From Hydrolagus affinis (Eukaryota), in NCBI GenBank assembly GCA_012026655.1, contig JAAILG010002548.1, positions 1-53,379 of the forward strand: a DNA stretch of 53,379 nt, given 5' to 3'. Below, piece by piece: positions 38,755-53,018 of this stretch. A model generated the notes under the pieces. That model saw nothing but the letters and a program-made list of their open reading frames with translations, did no database searches and had not been told where the DNA came from. Numbering within the stretch: position 1 is the first letter of the stretch; each line of letters begins with the position of its first letter. The translations under genes were made by a program, and so were the position numbers.

Positions 38755-39105
38755 TGGGTAGTATAACGGATTAGCACACTTCGCTTTCATCTTCACTACC
38801 TGGGGTTTGAAAACAGAACTGTACAGATAGGAAGCAAATCTGCTCTCACTAGCAGCTGGAAAAGGTTGGAGATGAAAAGTGTTAGCTATATCAATCCATT
38901 TCGTTCTAAGCCCTGATCACACAGTACCACAAACTGGCACAAAACCAGTTATCAACCTTAAAAAGGCTGATGTGAAAAATGAAAAAAAAAAGCCGCTTCT
39001 GAGATGAGGGTTAAAGCAGAGTTGAGGGAATATTTCCTCCGAATGCAGCTGTATGGAAACTGCCTGCTGAAGCAAAAATGTTTCCATTTCCCATCACATT
39101 ACTCC
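38755..39105 (+). mobile_element. Very old tRNA-derived SINE relic, possibly LF-SINE-like
   Basis: Degenerate tRNA-like head (gctttcatcttcactacctggggtttgaaa), then caaactggcac and gatgagggttaaagca. The match is weak and from memory. Confidence 0.35.
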
Positions 39106-39309
39106 TAGAAACACCAGGTTTAGGAGGGGGAATGAAGAAAAAGAATGCTCATCACCCAACATCCATCAATGAATCAAGTTTGACCAATCCTGAAAATGCT
39201 TAATTAGATCACTTTTCTATTGCCAATCTCCATTTTACAACCATTCCTTTGACATTCCAGCATAATGCTGCATAGTATATGTTCAAGCCACCATGTCTGT
39301 TCTGTAGTG

Positions 39310-39352
39310 TTATATACATATATATATATGTATATATAATATATATATATAT
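39310..39352. repeat. Imperfect (TA)n microsatellite
   Basis: Read directly from the sequence. Confidence 0.9.
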
Positions 39353-41689
39353 CAATTCAGTATGTGGTTTATATGGCAATTCTCATTTTGAAAGCGATAT
39401 TTTGGTGCCAACAATTGAATATATTTTGCATTTGTTCTTCTAATGCGATCAGTCGATGTTTTGCTTTTAGTAAGTGAAGGGAAATTCACAAAGAGTTCAT
39501 TTTGTTGGATGATCTAGCTTTTTAAATCGAGGGCATTCACTGAAGTTGGCACTGCATCCCTTTGATAAAATTACAACCACTGTTTTTTTTTTGATAGATC
39601 CATTAGTACCCAGCAGGAAAACATTTCAGCATTAAGGTAGAGCGCCTTCAATATTTTGAGTTCCAATTGATAAATTAATAGGTTACATATTTATAATAAC
39701 TGGCAACTGCCACGAATTAAAACATCCATAATGAAGTCACATCAGAATATGCCCCCAAACAGATGGAGGTGGATTCAAGAAGCATAATTTTTAGTTTGCT
39801 GATCTACTTTATCCAAACCATTTCATGTGCTAATTCTGTTTCTGCTATACAAACATACATGCACACAAAAAGAAACACAGGACAGAATGTATGGCACAAA
39901 AGCAACATAACCGAGATTGAGACAGCATTGCAAACTATAACATGTGTGGTGTATCAATGATATCTGAAGCTCAAAATGTAATTCACAGTTTTACATGTTT
40001 TTGTTTGTGTACTGCTTCCCATTTTTGCCTTTGTGGGTTTCCTTTTGCTGACCAGTGTCAAGGATCAGTAATGCACAGCTAACTCCTACACTCAAAACTT
40101 ACAATTTGGAGAGCATTGACATCAGAATTTATTTAATCATATGATATGGGGAACAATAACAGCTTTCACTCATTACAAAATCATATTAGAAGCTGCTCTC
40201 TCCAGTACATTCAATGTTGGAACAGCACCAACTCCACATGAAACACTGACTACCTCTCCAAAATACAGTTGACCACAAGTTGAATTTGTATCGTTGTGAA
40301 GCTTTTGAAGAAGAGGCCACTCAAACCAACATGTTAGATTTCAACTGATCCATATTTTTCCTGTTGAAAATTCTCTCAGTGCCTGAGAGGCAGCTCTTTC
40401 CTGACACTCTATACGGAAGAGATCAGATAGCACTAATCAACTAGGCTGACACAAATATTAAAAAGCAGCTACAAGTAATCAACTATTTTGTCTCTTATCT
40501 TTTTATTTCTAGTAAAGTTCCCCCCCACCACCACCCCCTATACCAATCACTTGGAGAATGAAAAAATCTCAAACTTTTCAAAAACAGTGAAACAGAAAAG
40601 AGAAATTAAATCATTGCTTCTGGAGAAGTTCAAAGGTACACAACCTAGATTGCTAGAAACCGGTTGAAAGTGGCAGACGGTGGCAGGAATACTCATTGCT
40701 GATCTTAGAAGCAGTACGTCTGGCTGAATAAATATATCCATGCTGCGCTAAGACTGAATATATTCCTGTACCTTTTATGTCAGCCTTCAAAATGCTGTCA
40801 AACCACCGAAACCATCAGAATGTTCTACGATAGTTCGTTTTCTCTGCAGGGTCAACTTTGTGAGTCAGGCACACCAAAAGTATTTTTATTGATAATTTGT
40901 CAATGAGAGAAGCAGTTATAAAATATACATTATTTAAGTGATTATGGTATTTCAGAGAGGGTGTTACAGCAAAGAGGCTCCTGCATTTTAACATCTTCAT
41001 TATTGTGCAAGAAATAACCTGAGATTCATTAGAATGAGAGAATTCTATGTAATCTCTGGGGTAATGTATATGTATGATCTTGTTCGGCAATTTCAGATGG
41101 TTATTTTGCTGATTTCTTTTTAATAATCAAAAATATTAATGTGGTATGAGTAAATTGGAAACAACATACATTGACGCTGGAACTCTACTTAGTGGTGTAA
41201 TCACTGCAAGCAGAATTGCGATGAAAGGGTCATTTATCGAATTACTGATAATTCTTTCAATTCCCAGACAAGATCATCTCATTTAAATAATTCTCCTGGC
41301 CTGGTTTATTTTGACAATTTTAACAGCTTCAATTTTCAGAACCATTTTGCCCATTAATATTTTAACATTTCTGATAATTCGTTTCACACTCAGGAATTTC
41401 ACTAAAATATATTAATTCACCTAAAAGAAGTAGAAAAACAGACACACGAAAACATTATTTTCAGATTAAATTTATGATTATCAAACCTTTGGGACTTTAT
41501 CAGAGGCAAATTTAAGGAATACAAATTACACTGATGAAAACCCCAATAAAAGCATAGAACACTGTAGGGAGTGGAGCTCATTGTTTGCAGCTTTTGTACT
41601 GTTGCCTCACCAGTGGTACATTGCAGAAAACTAATTTGGTTACATTCCATGTGTGTACAGTATTATGGAACCAAGCAAATCATAAATGT

Positions 41690-42012
41690 TCAACCATTGT
41701 TCCCTTGATCTGTCAGAGTTATTGATCTCACCAGTACTAGAAGCACACAAGTGGCTTCAGTGTCCGCAGCGGAGGGATACGATAAACAGCAAGCTGCCTG
41801 ATTGCTGCTAGTGTCTATTGCTGGTCAGCACCTATGTGTGGCATCGAGTGAGGCCAGGATTCAACTTAAATGTAATGTCTCTACGACCAACTCTTACTGT
41901 TTCATCTCACAAGTGAAACACGATCACTTAGAGCTGAAATACTATTAGTGTTTTGGGACCCATAACTCGACATGAATCACAATTTCAGAAGAGGTGAGAA
42001 AATTGGAAAAAA
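41690..42012 (+). mobile_element. Ancient SINE relic, AmnSINE2-like
   Basis: gagttattgatctca...aagtggcttcagtg...gtgtggcatcgagtgaggccaggat...ttcagaagaggtgagaaaattgg followed by an A-tail. Confidence 0.6.
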
Positions 42013-42107
42013 AAATTGGAGAGCATATCTGTTTTTTTTAAACAAATTAATAAGTTTCAGGAAGCTCAAGTCACATGAAGCATAGATTTAAAGAACACAG
42101 AATAATG

Positions 42108-42260
42108 TTCCTTCGGTTTAATGTCTCCTCTGAAGGATGGCATCTCCCATAATGCAATGATGCTCCAGCACTACAACAGAAACTGTTTGAGTTCAATGTG
42201 GGGCTTGAGTCTGCAACCTTCTGATGTAGAGGTTTGAGTGCTACCAATTGAACAAGGCTA
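42108..42260 (-). mobile_element. DeuSINE 5' part (tRNA head plus start of the Deu domain)
   Basis: cttcggtttaatgtctcctctgaaggatggcatctcc...gggcttgagtctgcaaccttctgatgtagagg...gagtgctaccaattga. Confidence 0.7.
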
Positions 42261-43454
42261 CATTATAAGGAGTTGAAATTTCACTGGTTAGTAAAAAGTT
42301 ATAATGGAGTGATGTCTGCAACCATATGCAATGGATTATTTCTCCAGACTCTGACACCAACGAGCAAATGTGTTCAAATCACATCAGAGTAGGTAAAGTG
42401 AGGATTTATGGAAGTTTATAATAGGTCCTAGGAGGAAAAAAAGAAGAAATTATGATAGAACAGTGAACTAATACAGTTAATTAAGGAAAACTAAATACCA
42501 ATGTCAAAGGTGTTTGAAAAATCTTGAGAGGGAAGGGGCGAGAGTCTGAAAACAAGAAGAGAAAGCTGCAAATAAAATTATGAGGAGCACCCACAGCACA
42601 AAGGTCTAATAAAAGACATGAACAAGGTTAATCCTCGACAAGTACATTCTGTAGCAACTTTCATAAAAAGGTAAATGTTATAGGTATGCAAAGAGGGAAA
42701 AGATTTGTAAAGCAAATTTTTGGTTCCTACAGCTCAGGTCTTGACAACCTTATTTTATGGGTAGACTATTTTTTACGGAAGCTAGAATTAATCTGTGGTA
42801 ATGTATGTTTTAGTACAAATTAAATGGGAATCTAAAGTTCTGAAAGTCAGATTTTCACCTAGATGTTTAAAGTGTCATATGAAGAATACATTCTTCAGTG
42901 CATTTGATGTTTTAGAAATTTGATAATTACATGTTTCTTGTTAAGAAATTGATTCTGAAATGCAATAATTCAGACTCTCATTGACTGAGTTTTCAGAAGA
43001 GCAGACTGAAATTTGATGGAGAAGGTCGGAGTCAATTTCGGGAGAAACTTTAACACCAAGGGAAAGCAATTAATTATGAAGAATTGAGAGCTAATTAAAC
43101 TAATTACTGAGAAGTGGAGTGGCAGGAAAGTGCCAAGCTGTAATTTGAATGACAAATTCCAGCATTAAACACTAGCAGGATTCAATCCAACTTGCTCAAT
43201 ACTAACAGTCATATTGTACATTTACTGTAACATCTTAGCCAGTTTGAGCAAGGCCATTAACCAAAGCTGGCCCATCGATGCCAGTGAGGTTATGCCGCCT
43301 GAATACATTTGAGTATATCAGGTAGCTTTCTCTACATCCCAAGCACCAGTGTATATATACCGGTATATATGTATTCGTATACAAATGCACACAAGCACAT
43401 GAGCACACCAGCATGGTGAGGCAATCTATATACAATCTACTGACTACTGATTTG

Positions 43455-43840
43455 ATGGCCCAGTACAGTACTAAACCATAGGTTGTAGGTTCAATTTACT
43501 GTCTGCATTCAAATTGATTTCAGTGAAGGCAGCAACTGAAATTCTAACAATTGGTCCTAGTCCCTTCAGGCTGTGTCTGTGGGGGGTGGAGAAGAGATGG
43601 AGGCAGAGGAGGAGAAACAGAGATTTTGCTGCTGATTAAGTTAGCTCCGCTGGCTGAAAAGTACATATGACATTGAGTATGAATGGCTGAATGGGACTAG
43701 GCTTGGCTACAATGTCCCCACAACCTGGTGACTCTCACCATTGTGGTTCATAATGAATATTCATAATGAATGTTGGTCTTTTGGACAAACTTCCAGACTG
43801 TGATTTGTGACTCCAATAGCATCCCCCCAGCTAAAGAGAA
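43455..43840 (+). mobile_element. Ancient SINE relic, AmnSINE2-like
   Basis: B-box-like aggttcaat, then acaattggtcctag and ggactaggcttggctacaatgtcccca, collinear with 41690-42012. Confidence 0.5.
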
Positions 43841-44186
43841 ACATATGAAAAATCTGCAAGAAGTAGAGGGCCTTACAATTTAGCAAGAAAATAAATATGC
43901 TTCTGCTCTGCAACTTCCACTACCTGAGGATTCATTCACACAAGTAAGGTAAAAAGGCTTCAGGGTATGCCATGGCGGAGTGTTACAACACTACTAGATT
44001 TTGTAAGATTCTTACTCAGTTACTGTAATACCACTTTGGTTGAGGAAATGAAATGTAGGAACATTTCAGAGTGAGTGAGATTCAATAGCTCAACATTATA
44101 TGGAGCAATCCCATTATAACATAGTAGCCTGGGTTCATTAGCACAAAGGCTACATTACAATACAAAATATGTGATTTTCAGGGTAT

Positions 44187-44533
44187 CAGGTTCCTACTAA
44201 CAGCACTTCCGCATCCTCCGCCCTAACCCAACCATCGATGGCCGGGTTTTCAGCCTCTCTGCTCCTACACTGTGGAACTCCATCCCACAGCCCCTCCACC
44301 TTGCTTCCTCCCTTTCCTCCTTCAAGGCTGGTTTCAAGACCTTCCTCTTCGACCACGCCTTTGACTGCCCCTCTAACTCTTCGCCCTCTATCACTCTCCT
44401 TCCCTTTCCCCCTACCCAGACCCTCCCCCCACCCCCCCACACCCCAGGTCCCGACCAGACTGTTCAGCGCTTTGGGACATCCTTCCGACGTGAAAGGCGC
44501 TATAAGTGCAATTTTGTTGTTGTTTTGTTGTTC
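44187..44533 (+). mobile_element. L2 LINE 3' fragment, well preserved
   Basis: ...ctgtggaactccatccca...ttcaagaccttcctcttcgacca, and the terminus agcgctttgggacatccttccgacgtgaaaggcgctataagtgcaatt(TTG)n. Confidence 0.93.
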
Positions 44534-45677
44534 GTGAGTGTTGAGCATGTACACAAAGTGCAAGAAGCAATACTGATGTCACATCCTTTGGAAAGTGACA
44601 TCAGCAGCATTTCCTGCACACAACATTAGGGAATTTTAAATGCTTTCAGAAGCCATTACAATCTCATGTTAAGCAGCAGCCACATAAGGAGGAGTAGGAA
44701 ACACCAGTGTTCATGGCTCTAACTGACAAGCAATTCTTAACACGACTAGGTTCAAATTCTGCACGGAATTTTTAAACAAATGCAAAATTGTTCCCCTAAG
44801 GTGTCAGCAGCCTACATTGTTATGCCATTGGCTCAGTCATTAATCAAATAGTCATTCAGCTCACTATACCTAAATATACACGTACACATTAAAACTCAAA
44901 ATTAAAGTCACATATGCCACAATTCATCTGCGAGTAAAGGTTATGTGCAGCCTGGCATTATTGCACAAGGAGGTTATTGTACTTTCAAACAATAATTTAT
45001 ACTGGCCTAAGAAAACAAAATTGGCCAGAGTTATTGCAGAATAAGAATTGTCAAACAATGTGGTATGGTGTGGTGAGTTAAAAAATATATACATTATTCA
45101 TAACTTTAAAAAGTTTTTGAGAGCATGCAGTTCCAGTATGGCAGTGGTAATTCCAGACTGACAAACTGAATTGAGAGATCCCCAGGAACCTACCTGCCCA
45201 GGGTTAACCACAATAAGATAAAGGTGGGCCAAAAGGGCTTTCTTCAGATGAAGGAAGCACTTTGATTCATCTGATTGCATCTGTTCAGAACACCCACCCA
45301 CCCAAAGCCTAATGTATTCTTTTAGGTTTGTTTTTTTAAACCCACTCAAAATTTGATACAGCTCTGAGGCGGCTTCTTCGATGTTTCTCTGAAGATGGAC
45401 TGAAGACCCCCTAGCTGATCTAAACATTGCTCTGAACTCTGGGGATCAGTCTCATGGCTCTATTCTAGGGCCTGAGCAGCCTTCTTATGCCAAGAATGAT
45501 TCAGCCACAGCAGAGCTATGTTACTTCAAAGAGGGTTTCTAGGATACCAGGTCAGTCAGTGAGTGAACCAATCTGCTCTTGTGTACTCGCAAGTTTGATG
45601 AATATCATTTCAACTTTGTTTGATAACCAAATCAAGCTGACAGTTCCTTTCCTTCTAGAGAAGTTGCAAGCATATTG

Positions 45678-45800
45678 ACAATAATGCTACTTACATTTGA
45701 TAGAACTCCTTATCCTGTCTTTGTGATGTCTCAAAGTGCTTTGCAGAATATATTGTAGAGTGAAACTACCGTATATTTTGTGGGGGAAACATTGCTGTTA
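45678..45800 (-). mobile_element. SINE tail fragment
   Basis: cttacatttgatagaactcc...gatgtctcaaagtgctttgcagaatata...tattttgtggg. Confidence 0.8.
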
Positions 45801-48618
45801 TCACAGAAGTAATTGTGAAGTGCTCCTGTACCTTTCCACATTACGTTAAGCACAATTCTACAGCTATGAGTGCCAGTTGGCTAAGGTTTGTACTTCAGTT
45901 TCTCCAAGTGCTGCAAATTCAACCAAGCTCTCAGGAGGAGTATTTCTAGTGTGCCATTTCCTCATCACTGGATACTCATTTGTGATTTGATCCATTGCAG
46001 ACTAAATGAGATTACCTGCAAGGATTACAAATAATGTACTGCAACAGTACATCATATTGAGTTCTGAGCATGTGTACTGAAAAATCAATTGCTGGACAGT
46101 TATAGATTGAGGATTATGAAAACAACCACCACCTATTAGTTATGAGATGGAGTAGGTTATATATGAGAACATTCAGTTCATATTTACTTATGGCAAATCA
46201 TATCATTTTCCCAATGCTAATAGATAACTATTGTAAATTGTGTCTATGCCATTAAATTGACTGACTGATCAGAATCTTTCAGTTTACAGGAGCTGGTCTC
46301 ATTTTTCCCGAGTAACAAAGAACTCTATGTCAACCTCCTCCACAAGTGTGAGTGAGTGCTTTCTGTGATGAAAATTCATTCCAGCAGCATGCAAAAAAAA
46401 AAAGTCCTATTGTACAAGATTTTTCTTGGCAGACCCTCTTGACATTGGTTAGATGTTCTCTGCAGCCATTGTCATCCCTTTCTATTTGGGAGATTGCATT
46501 ATATTTTGTGGCAGTTTCTGGCTAGGCTGCAGCAAACCTCAGACTGAAACCGTAGAGCATCACACTTCGAGAATATCCATCATCAGAAGATTGTTTTTCC
46601 CCTCCCGTCCCCCCACATCATAAAGGCATTATTCCAAGTGCAAGAAACATTTCAGAGGTCAATAACTAGTCAGCCAGTTATTTAGGCAATTTGATTCCTG
46701 TTTCTATTTGCGTTTGATTAAATAGTCACATTCACATGCACCATTGGCAGGTACCCCAATATCAAAACTGAGAAACACTATGTGCAATTTGATGGTACAC
46801 TGGAAGCCTCAACACAAATTTACTGTCAAAATGCCTTGAATATTAGGGTGAGTAAAAAAAAAAACATATACACTACATATCATGACGTTGAGATAGTAAG
46901 GAACATTTAGAGACGGAAGACACCAAAGCACCAGTTACCACGATATAATTAGATCAAATATTCAAGTTGTTGGTAGAGCAAAAGTATGTCGGTTGACACA
47001 AGGAGGACACAGAATATCAGAGCAGGAAAGCACTTAAAAAATGAATACATAAATTTCTGTGTCCCTTCAGTTGCTCCCTAGATTCAAGACAATGCTTAGC
47101 CTGGTGTTCACGGGCTCTCCCAATGCACATCAGGGCAGGGAGAATATCTCAGCTGGTGACAATAAGGACAATGCTAAGATATCTTTCTGATACTGTATTA
47201 AAAACTGATTCAAGATAATAATTGGTACAAAATCCCCAAGATAGGAATTTCCTGTCTCTTGTCTTTCATCGCTCTATTTTATAGAACATCTGTTAATTTC
47301 CCAATACTGTGTTTTTAGTAGGACTATTAATTCGGATTCACAGGGGGAATAGAGGAGACGTGAAAAATCCGGTTGCAAGTGCATTTCATTTACATTGATC
47401 CTCTCTGCTGCAGCTGCTTATATTGATTGATGTATAGCTGCATGAGTGATTCATCTGGATGTACAATCGACAGCTTACCTCAGTAATGAATGTCATAACA
47501 AACAGACACACAGCACTTGGATTTTCTTCAGATAGCAGGTGCTGTGAAAAAAAGGCCCATTGTTAATAAGACCCTATTGATCATTCATGGGCTTAACACT
47601 AGCAACTAGGTAAGCAGAAGTCATTGACTAGACTGGATTTTAACAGTTGATATGATTTTTTAATAACAGGCAAGACAATCGAGATGTGCTTTACATCAGA
47701 AAGTAAAGGATTTGGGAGGAATTTTTTTTCTTGGATTTGCTTTTCGTTATAATGGCTTCTTAATTAAATTCAAGCAATCTTCAGTCTAAGGGAAATAATG
47801 TATTCCTTGCAGACTAAGGAAATGTGTTGAGAACACTATCTGCCTGGGAGAAGATTTTCTCAGGTTTGTCACTCAAAGACCAGGATCACAGAGATTAACT
47901 GTCTCAAACAAATATGGCTTGGAACACCATCAAAGAGTCGTACATGTGTGTAACTGTCCCTTGAACCACCATTAATACCTCTGAGTTCCTTCCTGCCCAA
48001 TCCCTTGCTTCCCTGCAGCCAAATGTAAACTAAAGGGTCAGAGGGATGTTTTTTGGCTGAGGAGCAAAAATGACAGCATAACTCTCTGTTTTTCCTTCAG
48101 GTAGTCTTTATCGAATCTATTTAAATAAGATAATTCCTCCTCCAGATTCCTACTCTCTTTGAGTTGAAAATAAACAAGTCTATTAAACCTAACAATATCA
48201 GGCTGTTTCTTCCCTTCATAGTTACCACAGTTTGAGAGGCCAGTGGTTCTTTCCACAGTATTGAGAAAATTCTGAATACAGTACATTTGAAATATATCAA
48301 AGTGGACAAAAAATTTATATCAATAAACATAGCAACACCTGTAATCCACAGATGTTTTGGTGGGAAATCAGTCAGGAATCTAGCATACATCAAAGTGCTG
48401 TGCTAAAGAGTTTCCAGTTTCAGCTATATGCTGTATCAAGAAAGGATTTAATTTACCAAATTATAAAATGTATTATCTTTCTTCCCCCTATCATGGGAAA
48501 TTGAGGGTGTTGGAGTGAGTGTGCAACAGGTATTAGAGACCTCATAGTGTACTGCTGAAATTGACCCATCTTAAAGCATGCATCTTCCCTAAAAAGGTAA
48601 CTATTATTTTGAGTTATT

Positions 48619-48640
48619 TGTGTGTGTGTGTGTGTGTGTG
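48619..48640. repeat. (TG)11 microsatellite
   Basis: Read directly from the sequence. Confidence 0.95.
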
Positions 48641-51600
48641 GTTAGGTGGGGTGGGTGTCAGTGCGGTGAGGGGAGAGAGGAGATGTTTATGCAAATATAA
48701 ATCAACAACATCCATGTTTAATGAAATTTAATTACAGGGTTATATTTTATCTTGTTGATTTTATTAGAATTCATAAAAGCATTTGAGAAGCTAATGAATA
48801 ACATGCTTTTGGAGTTTGTCATCTCCAGTTTGTTTCATGTACCCCTTTGCCAGGACTGTAGGGGATGTATAATGTCATTGTCTGCCTCAAGTATATTTTA
48901 CAGTTGGTTCTTGCTGCCTTGCATAATATTTCGTATGATTTCAGACAAAATTAAAGATACATGATTGAAGATATGTGCATTTTTAAACACACAAATATTT
49001 ACTAAAGGCTGAAATGCAATAAAAGCGTTTGATCATCTTCTAACAGCAAATGAGACAAAGAAAAAAAAATACTTAGAACGATAATTGTAAATCCACACTG
49101 AAAACTGTAGCAGTGCACCTTTGCACTTCTGCTTCATAATCTGGTATCAACCCAAGATGCTTGAGGCGTGCATAGGAATAGCTTTAACTTCAAACCTTCA
49201 ATTGTATGATTGGAGTTGATGAAAACATGAAGCTGCCACTCGGGTTTTTTTTTTTCGGACGCCATTAATGTCCAGAGAATTGTGGCTAAGGGTATGTTAC
49301 TGACCACACAAGTGGCAATCCAAATATGTTAGTGAATTTATTTGTGTGCATATTTAGATGCTAACTAACTCTCAGTTATTACCTTGACTAAATGTTCAAG
49401 GTCAATGCATAATTTTTCTCTCCAGTTATGGCAGCTGTTGACAAGTCTGCCAACAGCAGAATAGCCAACTTTAGTTGTACTTACATAAATGCTGAAATCT
49501 GCCAGAAGATTCTTTTTGTAACCAAGCAATGTATAACTTACCTTTGTTTCCCCCCAAAATGCCTCGACAGGCTGTGAAACATTACTGACTTTGTTCCATG
49601 CCAAATTGCATCAACTTCACTGAGTGGATCTTTGCTATTTCCTGTAACATGCCATTAAAATCAGCCTGTCCTGTCAAAATAATGGCTTATATTCAAATAG
49701 TTTAGAGGAAAAGGAGGTACAGGTAAAGTATGCTTTGTGCAGGGGCTGGGAAATCTTTTTTTAAAAAAAAGCAAAACTCTTCCTTCTCCTGGGAAGTATT
49801 GATTCTGATGCTTGAGGCTCCTGAAGAGTTGCCTTGACGAGCACAGAACAATTAGCTCGATGACCAGGGCAAAGTAGAAAGCAGACAATACCTTCTTGGC
49901 TGAAACTTTATCTCCTCATAGAAAGTGCGAGTATTGATCTCAGGGTTGCTTTATCCTTTTCATAGCATTTCCTTTTCATAGAAGCATATTTTATTGAGTG
50001 GCTCTTGTTTGGCACTTTGTGATTATGTTTCTCTATTCTATTAAGTGATTTGCCATGGGTGCCGCATTATGACTTTGTTGACTGTAGATAAAATAACACA
50101 AGATTTATTCTGAAACCCTATGTTCCAAAGTAATGTCAAGATTTGTGAGAAACTACCCATTGTCTTGTGCCAAGGTTTGAGGATCCTGTGGTACGTGGGA
50201 GGAGTTTAACCAGCAAATACCAAATTGATCGCCTTTACAAACACTGTCTGGGAAGCTTGTTTGACTGGGGCTACCCTTCCATTAGGGTTCGGCTTTTAAT
50301 CAAAGGTTTATATTCGGTCACCACTGATCAATCCATCTGCAGACTCTTTACAACAACCTCATTAGATAATGTTTAAGTTGATTCATGTGAAGCTTGTAAG
50401 ACAACAGTATCAAGCTCAACCTCATTTCAGACTGACATTATGTTCTTTTTAATAAGCATGCATTGAAAATGCAACTGAAGTGTAGCTGACATAAGCTAAC
50501 AAGCAATATAATGATACATATACTATGGTTTAAGCCAGAACTGCACTTCTCATTATACGGCAACCAAACGAAAGGCACTGCTATTCTTTGGCACCGCCTG
50601 CAGTGTTGTTCAGCGGGATACCTTTAAAATAACTAAAATCGTGATCAGCTTGAAAGTGCTCAGATTTAGATCCATGGTAACCAAGCAAAGCAGCCCACTA
50701 GGGCTACAAAGGAAATAGAGCGGCACAATAGGCATGAAGCTGCAGGAATAGACAGTGGTAGAAATAATCGGAGATGTGTGGATGCATTGATGATCATCAT
50801 TTAGTTTTGATGAACCAGGCATAATTCAGGCACACCTAACACACCTAACACAAACTGCCCAGAAGTGGCAGGACTGATAAACAATTATAATTTTGAAGAA
50901 CTCGTTCTTACACTAATCAAATTGCGGAGGTTACTCCTCCACACTATTACTGTGGTTTCAGATGGCTGGCCTCATCACCTTGCTTCCAAACCAGTCTTAT
51001 ACCTTCTTAACTGTGCCATTTAAGCATAAATCCTGAATTTGGCTCACTTCCACTTTATTGACTCTTTGAGGCACTGCTCCATAATCTATTGCCTATTGCC
51101 CTCAATATTTGCCCTCAATATTTTCACCCCACATCTCCTTTAACTTTTCTATTACTGCTGCTAATTAGTTACTCAACTGTTTAATACAATAAACTTTTGT
51201 ATCTTTATATTGATGGAAACATACATAAAATGATAGAAATCAGAATCAATGCAAAGGTTTTAGGTTTCATTCCAATGTTGCACTGTTATGATTCTTTGGT
51301 TGCAGATTTGAATCATCTGAGGTAGAACTAAACGGTAATGTAAATCTGTGTGGCATCTGACATTTTTTATTAACAAAAAATTTTGAAAGTTTTCTGTGGC
51401 AGCAATAAATGCAATCCATCCTAAACCATATTCAAACTAAAAAAAATTGTGTTTAAGTGTGAAGAAATTAATTTGCATCCTCTAATAAATAAAGAAATAA
51501 ATCACCAGGATTTATAAAAAATGATCAGTCATCCAATAATTCAAACGTTTTAGTACAATTTAAAAAACTTATTTACCAAAGTTCTGCTCCCAAGTGCCGA

Positions 51601-53018
51601 CTAAGATTAATTTGCTGAATCTTTGAATTACCCAAGAGCAATTTAGTGAAAGGTTTGCTGTAAGGCTTTTGAAAACTGTTAATTTCAGTATTGTGTGTTC
51701 TCAATAATATTTTTGGATTTGGGCAGATTACAAGATACCATTAATTATACTTTCAGGGATTCTTTGCATATAAAGAAGTTGCCCTTATAATGAATGAAAA
51801 CTTGAATTATAGAAGCCAATTGATTTGCAAGAGCAGAACCAATGCTGAGAAGACGAGTCCATTGTGAGTTCCTTCTCCATGTTGCTACAATTCCCCCATC
51901 AACCAACCAAAGACACAACTGCTCTCACCAGGCATTGCAAAAAAAAAATTCCTCATTCACTCTTTAATATTTGTTCAATGCTTTTCCAATTGTTTAATAT
52001 TTCCCTGCAGGCTACTAGCATGGATGCCAGAATCAATTTATGTCTGTCTGAGTCCACACAGCATTGTGGGGGGTTCCCTGTTCCTGACAGCAGCAGGCAG
52101 AAGGGTGCATGCATTCTTACAGTGTTCCAGATAAGTTAAGAGCAGTTAATGATGAAGAGGTTGAGTTGTCAGTTAGTGAGATGGTGAAATGTTTTCAGGA
52201 GAATCTTAGTCGCTAAAAAAAAAAGGCACCTCAGGCAAAAGTCATGTCTAGCAATGGGAAAGGACAGCTTCAATTTTTAATTGGTGCCACAGAAGTTAAG
52301 AGGACCTGACAGCAGTGTGAGGAAAGGTATAGCAATGCTACATGACATGCAGAGGGAAAACTGAATATCAAGCACACACTCAAAGTCGCAGAAGTTGTCA
52401 GGAATGCCACCGGAGGAGGCTTTAAATCCAATGTTTTAGAATCCCACAGGGAAGTGTTTGGCTCAGTCCAAAGCGACTTGAGATATAATTATCAGACGTG
52501 TCCAGCAATAATCAGGCCTATATGGATCAATTAAGCAACACAGCAGACACCTCGTCCAAGTACTCAAAAGTTTGCTTAACTTCTGGGGACATCTGATTGG
52601 TGATGTTGCTCAGGGCAGCTCAGCAAGTAAATGTGACTCATCAACACTCTCCAGATAGAACTCCAAAAATGAATAGACCTACAGCTTTCCACCAACCCCT
52701 CAAATTAAGCAATCTTACAAAGTGGCTATGACAAGGTCAAATCAAACCTCCAGGAGCTTGTGGCTTGTGGTCAACACCATCTTCAGAGCAGAGAAAAAGT
52801 GCAATACCTTCTGTAGATCAGACACAGGAGTAAATGAATAGAGTTCTTTTATTTTTTGCAACGCAAATCTTATTTTTTTTAAAAACTATGCTACTGTCAA
52901 ATTATTGAGATTTTTTAAAATGTGAGAATCTGAATGTAATTCAATCATTTACCAAAAAATTATTATAAAAAGATGCTTATTCACCATAGGTTCTGGACTA
53001 TACATTGTCACTTCCATC

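Noticed and set aside
45098-45542. Protein-looking peptides (EEAASELYQILSGFK on the minus strand, EDPLADLNI on the plus strand)
   Set aside because: The similarity to the AP180 C-terminus is only 8 residues and is preceded by an in-frame stop, and there is no coherent exon structure.
5128-45800. Dispersed recurring motif ATAATCCTTGCATTTGATATAGC as a CRISPR-like or regulatory repeat
   Set aside because: The copies are irregularly spaced, occur on both strands and are diverged. They are truncated SINE tails.
46290-46347. Possible plus-strand exon (ELVSFFPSNKELYVNLLHK)
   Set aside because: The pyrimidine tract is weak, the peptide is unrecognised, and no partner exons are evident.
48038-48286. 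Charged coiled-coil-like peptide (KESRNLEEELSYLNRFDKDYLKEKQR)
   Set aside because: There is no good splice donor, and purine-rich sequence explains the composition.
51097-51123. Short local tandem duplications (also near 11174, 43748, 49955 and 50830)
   Set aside because: These are ordinary slippage products of 9-16 bp.
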